Both the position numbers and the translations under genes were made by a program. From positions 150,001 to 182,000 of the forward strand of contig NZ_CP013011.1 of NCBI RefSeq assembly GCF_001412615.1: a DNA stretch of 32,000 bases, given 5' to 3'. The stretch comes from Pyrodictium delaneyi. Its GTDB lineage: Archaea > Thermoproteota > Thermoprotei_A > Sulfolobales > Pyrodictiaceae. The notes beneath the pieces were generated by a model. That model was given only the letters and a program-made list of their open reading frames with translations. It was not told the DNA's origin and ran no database searches. Below are positions 8,164 to 15,357 of this stretch, piece by piece (position 1 is the stretch's first letter; the number at the start of each line of letters is the position of its first letter).

Positions 8164-8763
8164 GTGGCTCCTGGGTGCGGGTCTGGCTTGAGTGTCGAGC
8201 GTATACGCGCCTTCATAGCGGTCGATATTGAGGATCCACGGGTGGTTTCGCGGCTGGTGCAGATACGTGACGCGTTTGTGGCTACGGGTGCTCCTATGAA
8301 GCCTGTTGAGGACCAGAACCTGCATATCACGCTCCGGTTCCTTGGGAATATACCGTTGAGCCTCGTGGACGAGATTGAGCGTGTGATTGCCGCGTCTACT
8401 CCCCGCCGCGTGGTGATAAGGCTTCGCGGGGTGGGCGCGTTCCCGAGCCCAGCGCGGCCCCGCGTGATATGGGTGGGCGTGTCTGATGGCGCTGAGGAGC
8501 TCGAGCGCCTCTATAGGGAGATCGAGAGGGGGCTACGGCGGCTAGGGTTCCGGCCGGAGCGCGAGCAGTTCGTGCCCCATGTGACGCTTGCACGGCTCAA
8601 GGGGTCGCGGAACCTTGACCGTGTGGTGAAGCTGCTGCGGGAGATGGAGGACGTGGAGGTTGGTGAGATAGTGCTGGAGAGTGTCAGGCTCAAGCAGAGC
8701 ATATTGACGCCGAGGGGTCCGATATACCGGACACTGCGCGAGGTGAAGGCCTCTGAGTCCTAG
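8164..8763 (+). CDS. thpR: RNA 2',3'-cyclic phosphodiesterase / 2'-5' RNA ligase (2H phosphoesterase, ThpR/LigT family)
   Basis: 199 aa with both HxT/Sx motifs of the 2H superfamily: NLHITLRFLG and FVPHVTLARL. The family-typical N-terminus is RAFIAVDI. The start is either GTG 8164 or the in-frame TTG 8188. Confidence 0.85.
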   Translation: MAPGCGSGLSVERIRAFIAVDIEDPRVVSRLVQIRDAFVATGAPMKPVEDQNLHITLRFLGNIPLSLVDEIERVIAASTPRRVVIRLRGVGAFPSPARPRVIWVGVSDGAEELERLYREIERGLRRLGFRPEREQFVPHVTLARLKGSRNLDRVVKLLREMEDVEVGEIVLESVRLKQSILTPRGPIYRTLREVKASES

Positions 8764-9041
8764 GCCTCCCTTTCCCCGTCCTTGCTGCTCTTGTAGCGCT
8801 GCCAGATGGTGCCGCCTTCCCCGTCCTCGATGGCTATGACCCGGTGTAGTGGTATAACTGTGCCGTCTTCTAGCACTAGGTGGCTCCGGGTCACCCTGGC
8901 TATGCGCTCCCGGGGTATCCTCTTGACCCCGGTTGCTGTACCACGCTCGGCTATCACGATGTAGCCTGTGGATGATGTGTGGAAAAACCTTGCCACAGCC
9001 TCGTGTATCTCTCCACGTCGTCCAGGCAACAGTGTGTACAC
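8760..9041 (-). CDS. MJ1316/DUF504-like small protein (RNA cyclic-group end recognition domain)
   Basis: 93 aa. YIVIAERGTATGVKRIPRERIARVTRSHLVLEDGTVIPLHRVIAIEDGEGGTIWQR matches my recollection of the DUF504 consensus (..y.dRg...g.k.ip...i......fl.l.dg..IP.HRI..I....g..iW.R). It lies 27 nt downstream of, and on the same strand as, the flavin-reductase-like gene. Confidence 0.6.
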   Translation of the reverse strand: MYTLLPGRRGEIHEAVARFFHTSSTGYIVIAERGTATGVKRIPRERIARVTRSHLVLEDGTVIPLHRVIAIEDGEGGTIWQRYKSSKDGEREA

Positions 9042-9068
9042 CCTTCCGCGCGGCCTGCCGGGGCTGCT

Positions 9069-9677
9069 CTACACGTTGAGGTCGCTTCTAGCTCTTGGTG
9101 TCCTCTTCGGGGTGTATATGCCGCTGTTGGTGGTGAAGGCGCGGCCGGTGCTGTGGAGGAGTATCCGGGCCTTGCGTAGCTCCCAGCCGTAACGGGGATT
9201 GTAGAGCTCCGCGTCAGCGTAGGCTGCTGCCACATCGGCCACTATTAGGTGGACGTCATCTGCTAGGTCGCTGAGAACCCTGTAGACACGGGCCTCGACA
9301 ACGCCCACTGGCCGGGGCTTGACTAGCCTAGGGGCCCCCGTGACCGTGTCGCGGGCGACCTCGGCGCCGAGGAGCCTCAGCTTGTCGACCTCCCTGCCGC
9401 TGGTCGTGCCGGCAGCGTAGACGAAGTCTACCTCGTCCACAGTGAACACGTTGACGGTGAATACGCCAGACTCTATTATCAGCTCCGGGGTGTAGGCCTC
9501 CCTGTCGAGGGCGGCGACTATCCGTGGCGGCTCCTCGCTGAAGGGCATCACCCAGGACGCTGACATGAAGTTTACCCGGCCCCGGGCCTCGGCTACGAGC
9601 ACGTAGGCTGGCCGGGGTGCTAGGACACGTGGCCACCGCTCACCGGCGTCCACGTAGCCTTCGGGGACTCCTGCCAC
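9069..9677 (-). CDS. flavin reductase-like FMN-binding domain protein
   Basis: 202 aa. PRPAYVLVAEARGRVNFMSASWVMPFSEEPPRIVAALDREAYTPELIIESGVFTVNV is the typical core of the flavin_reduct split-barrel domain. GTG start. Confidence 0.75.
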   Translation of the reverse strand: MAGVPEGYVDAGERWPRVLAPRPAYVLVAEARGRVNFMSASWVMPFSEEPPRIVAALDREAYTPELIIESGVFTVNVFTVDEVDFVYAAGTTSGREVDKLRLLGAEVARDTVTGAPRLVKPRPVGVVEARVYRVLSDLADDVHLIVADVAAAYADAELYNPRYGWELRKARILLHSTGRAFTTNSGIYTPKRTPRARSDLNV

Positions 9678-9868
9678 GGCGCAGACACCGAGTGTGTTCC
9701 TAGATTCGGCGCCCTATACTAGCTCCTACACGGGTTGCCCAGTCGTCTGTGGCGTGTGTCGGCTGGGTAGAGTGTCCGGGACGTACGCTATAATTGGGGG
9801 TTCACGGTGGTAGTGGCCCCTGGGGGAAACCACTCGGCCTAGAGCGAGGACGCGAGGTGTAAACACGT

Positions 9869-11323
9869 ATGAGCGCGAGGATACCCTTGAAGAGGGTTAG
9901 CGACTATGAGTGGATGATACCTAAGGGCGCTAAGCCCTGCATGAGGGTCCCATCGATAATCTTCGCCGATGACTTCCTGCTCGAGAAAATGAAGGGCGAC
10001 CTCACGCTAGTACAGGCTGCTAACGTAGCCTGCCTCCAGGGTATACAGAAGTACAGCATTGTGATGCCCGACGGACACCAGGGCTACGGATTCCCGATCG
10101 GCGGCGTAGCAGCCATGGCTATAGACGAAGACGGTGTGATAAGCCCCGGCGGTGTCGGTTACGATATCAACTGTGGTGTACGCGTCATACGTACCAACCT
10201 CGACATAAAGGATGTGAAGCCTAAGCTACGCGAGCTCATAGAGGAGCTATTCCGCAACATACCAAGCGGCCTCGGCAGCACTGGCAAGATACGCCTCAGT
10301 GTACAAGAGCTAGACCGTGTACTAAACGAGGGTGTCGAGTGGGCGGTACAGAAGGGCTACGGCTGGGCCGACGACCCGGAGCACATCGAGGAGCGGGGTA
10401 GCTGGAGCCTAGCAGACGCTAGCAAGGTGAGCCAGCGCGCTAAGAGGCGTGGCGCTGAACAGCTAGGCACCCTGGGCAGCGGTAACCACTTCCTAGAGGT
10501 ACAGGTAGTCGACAAGATATACGACCCAGAGATAGCCAAGGCGATGGGTATAACCCATGAAGGCCAGATAATGGTCATGGTGCATACCGGCAGCCGTGGC
10601 CTAGGCCACCAGGTCGCAAGCGACTACCTCATGATAATGGAGCGTGCCATGAGGAAGTATGGTATAAGGCCGCCAGACCGCGAGCTAGCCAGCGTGCCCT
10701 ACAGCACCCGCGAGGCTCAGGACTACCTCCGCGCAATGGCAGCAGCGGCCAACTTTGCCTGGACCAACAGGCAGCTCATAACCTACTGGACCCGCGAGAG
10801 CTTCCAGCGCGTATTCCACCGCGACCCAGACCAGCTCGACATGAAGATAGTCTACGACGTAGCCCACAATATAGCCAAGATAGAGGAGCACGACGTAGAC
10901 GGCAAGAGGATGAAGCTCATAGTACACCGCAAGGGCGCCACTAGGGCCTTCCCACCAGGCCACCCAGAGATACCCAAGGACTACCAGGCGATAGGCCAGC
11001 CCGTGCTCATACCCGGCAGCATGGGTACTGCGAGCTACATACTGGTAGGTGTCCCCACTGGCGCCCGTGCCTGGTACACAGCGCCCCACGGCGCAGGCCG
11101 CTGGATGAGCCGCGCAGCGGCCAAGAGGAGCAGGAGCTACCACGAGGTCATAAGGGAGCTAGAGCAGAAGGGTATACTGATACGCGCTAGCAGCCGTGCC
11201 ACAGTCGTAGAGGAGATGCCACAGGCCTACAAGGACGTAGACCGTGTAGCCCTCGTAGCCCACAAGGTAGGCATAGCCAAGATGGTCGTAAGGCTACGCC
11301 CCATAGCCGTGACAAAGGGCTAA
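9869..11323 (+). CDS. rtcB: RNA-splicing ligase RtcB (3'-phosphate/5'-hydroxyl RNA ligase), intein-free
   Basis: 484 aa with the RtcB signatures PDGHQGYGFPIGG, GGVGYDINCGVR, GSGNHFLEVQ, HTGSRGLGHQ, DVAHNIA, PGSMG and APHGAGR (the guanylylated-His motif). Confidence 0.95.
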   Translation: MSARIPLKRVSDYEWMIPKGAKPCMRVPSIIFADDFLLEKMKGDLTLVQAANVACLQGIQKYSIVMPDGHQGYGFPIGGVAAMAIDEDGVISPGGVGYDINCGVRVIRTNLDIKDVKPKLRELIEELFRNIPSGLGSTGKIRLSVQELDRVLNEGVEWAVQKGYGWADDPEHIEERGSWSLADASKVSQRAKRRGAEQLGTLGSGNHFLEVQVVDKIYDPEIAKAMGITHEGQIMVMVHTGSRGLGHQVASDYLMIMERAMRKYGIRPPDRELASVPYSTREAQDYLRAMAAAANFAWTNRQLITYWTRESFQRVFHRDPDQLDMKIVYDVAHNIAKIEEHDVDGKRMKLIVHRKGATRAFPPGHPEIPKDYQAIGQPVLIPGSMGTASYILVGVPTGARAWYTAPHGAGRWMSRAAAKRSRSYHEVIRELEQKGILIRASSRATVVEEMPQAYKDVDRVALVAHKVGIAKMVVRLRPIAVTKG

Positions 11324-11361
11324 CCTCGTGCCCAAGCCTTTGTCTTCATCAAAATGTTTTT
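11311..11361 (+). terminator. hairpin spanning the rtcB stop codon followed by a T5 tract (putative archaeal terminator)
   Basis: GACAAAGG (11311-11318) pairs with CCTTTGTC (11337-11344) across an 18-nt loop that contains the TAA stop. TTTTT lies at 11357-11361. Oligo-T is the usual archaeal termination signal. Confidence 0.35.
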
Positions 11362-11564
11362 ACGCGTGGCATCCAAGCTGTCCACCTTCTCCCCATGTCC
11401 CTAGGTTATCCCGGCTACGACTCTCTCAGCTACAAGCCTGCGAGGCCCCCGGGCCAGAGTTGTTGCGTGACGTATGCTACTTCTGGTGTCTCTGCCAGCA
11501 AGGGAACCCCTATCAGTCGGTAGACACCTAGGTAGAAGCCTCTCGGGGAGGAGGCTGGAGAGGA

Positions 11565-12071
11565 ATGAGCGGTGAGGGCCCCTTCGAGGACATCGAGAAG
11601 GGTCTACGCGAAGTGCTAGCCCAGCTAAAGTGCCCCGGCTTCGCTCATGCGCCCCATACAGCGGACATAATCATAGTCGCCCGTGGCCGTAGTCTTGAGG
11701 AGGCGTTCGAGCAAGCGGCGCGCGGCGTCTACGAGGTTATAACCGATACGAGTAAGGTCGAGCCCCGCGAGGAACGGGTAATAGAGACTAGCGGTGTCGA
11801 CCTCTACCAGCTCCTCTACCGGTGGATAGAGGACCTCCTCTACTACACTGATAGTGAGGGCCTCGTGTTCTCAAAGTTCAAGGTGGAGCGTATAGAGCGG
11901 ATTGGCGAGGGCGAGGAGGCCGAGTACCGTCTAAAGGGCCGAGCCTGGGGCGAGCCCTTCAACGAGGAGAAGCACCCGCACCGTACCATAGTTAAGGCTA
12001 TGACCTATGCTATGATGGAGATTGTAAAGGAGAATGGCTGCTGGAGAGTACAGTTCGTTGTCGACATATAG
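11565..12071 (+). CDS. archease (RtcB activator/chaperone)
   Basis: 168 aa. It has the N-terminal HTADIIIVARGRSLEEAFEQAARGVYEV and the C-terminal VKAMTYAMMEIVKENGCWRVQFVVDI typical of archease. A GGAGG-rich stretch lies directly upstream. Confidence 0.9.
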   Translation: MSGEGPFEDIEKGLREVLAQLKCPGFAHAPHTADIIIVARGRSLEEAFEQAARGVYEVITDTSKVEPREERVIETSGVDLYQLLYRWIEDLLYYTDSEGLVFSKFKVERIERIGEGEEAEYRLKGRAWGEPFNEEKHPHRTIVKAMTYAMMEIVKENGCWRVQFVVDI

Positions 12072-12168
12072 CTGCGGCGAGATCTGCGGCTTCCCGCCCT
12101 CTATCTACTGTGGGGTCATTTACACCTCCTACCGGTCTAGCCGGTGGAGGACTAATATTCTGTAGACA

Positions 12169-12573
12169 GTGCTAGGGCTTTTTGGTGGGTCTGTGGTGGG
12201 CTTGCTTACTAGCCTACTACGAGGCCTCGTAGTGCGTCGACCCGGCCTTGAGGGCCAAGGTGGTGCTGAAGGACCCTTAGCAGATAGGCTGCGGGAGGCT
12301 GAGGAAGCACTTCGTAGCGTGGTGCTCCCGGGCTACGATGTAGACATAATCTCCGCGGGGCTCGTCGAGAGGATACGCGTCGGGCTCGACGGTAAGTCGA
12401 TCATGGTTGTGCTGGGATATAGTAGGAGTAATCCTGGCTGCAGCTTCTGCCGCTTCATAAGCAGTGTTGCGTGGACAAAGATTATACGTGACACGAGGCG
12501 TGCACTAGCTGCTAGAGGGTTCGATAAGATAGTACTGGTCGATGGAGCTACGGGCGCCGAGCTTGACGCATAG
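12169..12573 (+). CDS. small protein with a DUF59/MIP18-like (Fe-S assembly-type) core; function uncertain
   Basis: 134 aa. EEALRSVVLPGYDVDIISAGLVERIRVGLDGKSIMVVLGYSRSNPGCSFC resembles the DUF59 pattern (V.DP....ivdlGlv..i.v.......v.m.lT..gCP). GTG start and a hydrophobic N-terminal extension. Confidence 0.4.
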   Translation: MLGLFGGSVVGLLTSLLRGLVVRRPGLEGQGGAEGPLADRLREAEEALRSVVLPGYDVDIISAGLVERIRVGLDGKSIMVVLGYSRSNPGCSFCRFISSVAWTKIIRDTRRALAARGFDKIVLVDGATGAELDA

Positions 12574-12602
12574 AAAGACAAAGGTGTAATGGAGGAGGGT
12601 TC

Positions 12603-14651
12603 TTAGTCCTCGTTCCTCGCGCCGGGTATGTGCTTGTTTAACCAGTCAAGTATGAGCTGTAGCCTCTTCACCCGGTGCCTGGGCTTACCGCTACGGGAGA
12701 GATCGTGGTTCTCGCCCGGGAATATCGCTAGCTTTGTTTCGACGCCACGGAGCTTCAGCGCAGTGTAGAGCTGTAGTGCCTGGTCGAGCCAGCAACGATA
12801 GTCCTCGTTAGAGTGGATTATCAGTGTAGGTGTCTCTATGCGGTCGGCGTAGCGGAGTGGGCTCTTCTCCCAGCAGAGGTCGCTCCTCCTCCACGGGGTG
12901 CAGCAGAGCTGGTCCTCGACAAAGTACCAGCCGATGTCCGTGGTGCCGTACATGCTTATCCAGTTAGATATACCCCTCATCGTCACGGCTGCGCGGAAGA
13001 AGCTCGTGTGTCCTATCACCCAGTTGGTCATGAAGCCGCCGTAGCTCCCGCCCATCACGGCTGCGCGGCTCTTGGGGAGACCGAGCTGCTTCACAACGTA
13101 GTCTACAGCCTCCATGAGGTCCATGTAGTCGCGCTCGCCGTAGCGGCAGCGTATATCGGCGAAGTCCTCGCTATAGCCGTCGCTGCCTCGGGGGTTAACG
13201 TATACCACCGTGTAGCCAGCGTTGGATAACACGTGGAACTCGTGCATGAACCCGTAGCCCCACATAGTCTTGGGGCCGCCGTGGATATAGAGTACCCAGC
13301 CGCGCTGCTCTACCCCCTCCGGCGGTGGGAGCACCCAGCCCTCCACAGTGGCGCCGTCGCTAGCTCTGAAGCTAAACCTCCTTGGCTGGGCTAGCTTGTA
13401 GCGCCTCTTCCAGGCCTCGGTATGCCGTGTGAGCCTCCGGGCCTCCATGCCCCGGTAGAGGTACAGCTCCTTGGGATCCACGGGAGTCATTAGAGTATAG
13501 GCTATTATGGAGCCGTCGCGACTGGCTGAGAACTCGTCGACAACAGCCTCGCCAGGGTCTAGTACGGGCTCCGGCTCCATGCCGGGCTGGACACGGTATA
13601 GAATAACACGCCCAGAGTCACTCACGAGGAAGTATATGCCGCGTATGGTCCACTGTAGCTTCTTGAGGCAGCTACGGAACCTGACATCACTGTTTACTGT
13701 GTTCACGGCGTTACGGTCGAGGCTACAAGTGAGGCACTCGAGCCCGCCAGTCTCAGGGTTTAGCAGCATTATCTTCTGGTGGCTAGAGAAGCCCCTCTCG
13801 CCCCGGTGTCCTAGGTAAGCTAGCAGTTTACTGTCGGGGCTCCAGGCTAACTCTCCGTAGCCCCGTAGACCTTGAGCGACTACATGTGCCTCTCCGTTCT
13901 CCACGTCGTAGACGTAGACGTCGAGCAGGTATGGTCGCAGCATGTCGGCTGCGACGCTTATGGCTATTTTCTTACCGTCAGGGCTCCAGGCTACGTCGCT
14001 GACCTGGAGCCAGTTAAGGCCAAGCTCTATCCTCTCCATTATGCCGGAGTCCACATCTATTATGAAGGGCTCTATACGGGTTTTGTAGACGAAGCCCTTA
14101 CCGTTAAACCAGACCGGCAGCGTCTCTATCTCCTTGACGTCCTCGTCCGGCCTCCCCATGGGCGATGCTGCGGCCAATCTTCTGCTATCTGGACTCCAGG
14201 AGAGCGAGACTATGCCTTCGACCCTGGCGATTAGTTGGCTAGCACCAGGTGCATCAAGGCTAGCTAGCCGTAGCTCTATACCCGGCAGCTTATTCCCTCT
14301 CCTATCCCTCTGCTCAACCTTCCTAGCGAAGACGTAGCGCCGGCCGTCAGGGCTCGGTACGGGACACGAGTCCCGAGGCCCGCTCTGGAGCACAATTTGC
14401 TCGCCGCTATCGACCTTCACGGCCAGTATGCTCGACTCATAGCTGTCTGTGGCGAGACTCACACGGGCAGCTGTGTAGAGAATGTAGCGGCCATCTGGAG
14501 TCACGGCAGGATTCGAGACTAGAACAAGGCCATCAAGACTATCTGGGCCAAGCTTTTCAGCACCAGGCATGCCGGTTCCTCTCCACAGCCCAGGAATGCT
14601 CCTAGTATATGTGGTGAAAAGAATCGTGCGGCTCCGCATAGTAGACCTCAC
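12603..14651 (-). CDS. S9-family serine peptidase (prolyl oligopeptidase / acylaminoacyl-peptidase type)
   Basis: 682 aa. The N-terminal half has repeated WSPD(G/S) beta-propeller motifs (WSPDSRRLAA, WSPDGKKIAI, WSPDSKLLAY). The C-terminal alpha/beta hydrolase has the nucleophile elbow GGSYGG, an Asp in HSNEDYRC and a His in FPGENHDL. An alternative start at Met28 (ATG 14570-14568, MPGAEKLG...) is plausible. Confidence 0.85.
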   Translation of the reverse strand: MRSTMRSRTILFTTYTRSIPGLWRGTGMPGAEKLGPDSLDGLVLVSNPAVTPDGRYILYTAARVSLATDSYESSILAVKVDSGEQIVLQSGPRDSCPVPSPDGRRYVFARKVEQRDRRGNKLPGIELRLASLDAPGASQLIARVEGIVSLSWSPDSRRLAAASPMGRPDEDVKEIETLPVWFNGKGFVYKTRIEPFIIDVDSGIMERIELGLNWLQVSDVAWSPDGKKIAISVAADMLRPYLLDVYVYDVENGEAHVVAQGLRGYGELAWSPDSKLLAYLGHRGERGFSSHQKIMLLNPETGGLECLTCSLDRNAVNTVNSDVRFRSCLKKLQWTIRGIYFLVSDSGRVILYRVQPGMEPEPVLDPGEAVVDEFSASRDGSIIAYTLMTPVDPKELYLYRGMEARRLTRHTEAWKRRYKLAQPRRFSFRASDGATVEGWVLPPPEGVEQRGWVLYIHGGPKTMWGYGFMHEFHVLSNAGYTVVYVNPRGSDGYSEDFADIRCRYGERDYMDLMEAVDYVVKQLGLPKSRAAVMGGSYGGFMTNWVIGHTSFFRAAVTMRGISNWISMYGTTDIGWYFVEDQLCCTPWRRSDLCWEKSPLRYADRIETPTLIIHSNEDYRCWLDQALQLYTALKLRGVETKLAIFPGENHDLSRSGKPRHRVKRLQLILDWLNKHIPGARNED

Positions 14652-15279
14652 ACGTCCGTTAAGCCCTGAGACAAGAGTGTATCCTGGCGACCCGCCTGTG
14701 AGAATAGAAGCTATAGCAGATATCGAGAAAGACGGTTACTACAATCGCCTCTTACACGTACACGAACACGTCGGGACACACGTGGACGCACCAGCCCACA
14801 TGATACAGGGAGGAGCCACTATCGACATGCTCGAGCCGGCCAGGCTAGTAGCGCCAGCAGTAGTAATGGACCTCTCTAACGCCTGTGGCCCGGTCACTAG
14901 CCGGGAGATCATAGCTGCTCTCCGGCTCCGCCGGCTCCCTCTGCCCCAGAATGGCTGGTACCTCCTACTACGCATCGGCGGAGGCTGCCGCAGCATATCC
15001 ATTGATGCTGCAGAGTGGATGGTTAGGATGAAGCTTGCCGGGCTAGGAGTAGACGCTGCTAGCCCAGATGGCCCGCCCTACAACGTACACCGGGTACTCC
15101 TCTCCAGCAATATGTTGATAATAGAGAATCTCAACATACCTAGCATGCTTGACGGTGAAATAGTGACAATCGTGGTAGCCCCTCTCCTCGTCAAAGGAGG
15201 TAGTGGCGCTCCTGCTCGCGTCTACGCACTACTGGACGGCGGCCGGCTCGGCAAATGGCTTAGGGGAGAGCAAGTATAA
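14569..15279 (+). CDS. cyclase-family protein (kynurenine formamidase-like metallohydrolase)
   Basis: 236 aa. IVDLTRPLSPETRVYPGDPP followed by HVGTHVDAPAHM (the HxGTHxDxPxH motif) is diagnostic of the putative cyclase family. The true start may be the internal Met at 14596 (MLLVYVV...). Confidence 0.8.
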   Translation: MPVPLHSPGMLLVYVVKRIVRLRIVDLTRPLSPETRVYPGDPPVRIEAIADIEKDGYYNRLLHVHEHVGTHVDAPAHMIQGGATIDMLEPARLVAPAVVMDLSNACGPVTSREIIAALRLRRLPLPQNGWYLLLRIGGGCRSISIDAAEWMVRMKLAGLGVDAASPDGPPYNVHRVLLSSNMLIIENLNIPSMLDGEIVTIVVAPLLVKGGSGAPARVYALLDGGRLGKWLRGEQV

Positions 15280-15357
15280 CCCCTCTACACACCTAGCATG
15301 TGTCCAGCAGGGGCGACGACGGCCCGGATACTCCAGAGCTAGCGCTAGCATGAAGCG

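Noticed and set aside
7991-8191. 66-aa + ORF and the 8058..8330 / 8140..8325 minus ORFs around the tRNA
   Set aside because: They overlap the tRNA-Gly gene and the thpR promoter and 5' end. The translations are Pro/Gly/Arg-rich with no motifs, and the region is better explained by the tRNA and thpR.
9869-11323. Checked rtcB for an intein or frameshift
   Set aside because: The 484-aa length is canonical and all conserved blocks are contiguous, with no insertion.
11328-11531. 67-aa ORF in the rtcB-archease spacer
   Set aside because: It has a Cys/Pro/Ser-rich composition, no hydrophobic core or motif, and no ribosome-binding or promoter context. I treat it as non-coding, and the spacer itself is reported as a finding.
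12813-14337. Four + strand ORFs (12813..13229, 13507..13818, 13872..14234, 14134..14337) inside the S9 peptidase gene
   Set aside because: All are antisense to a gene with a strong catalytic triad and propeller motifs. Their products lack motifs, so they are classic antisense open frames of a GC-rich gene.
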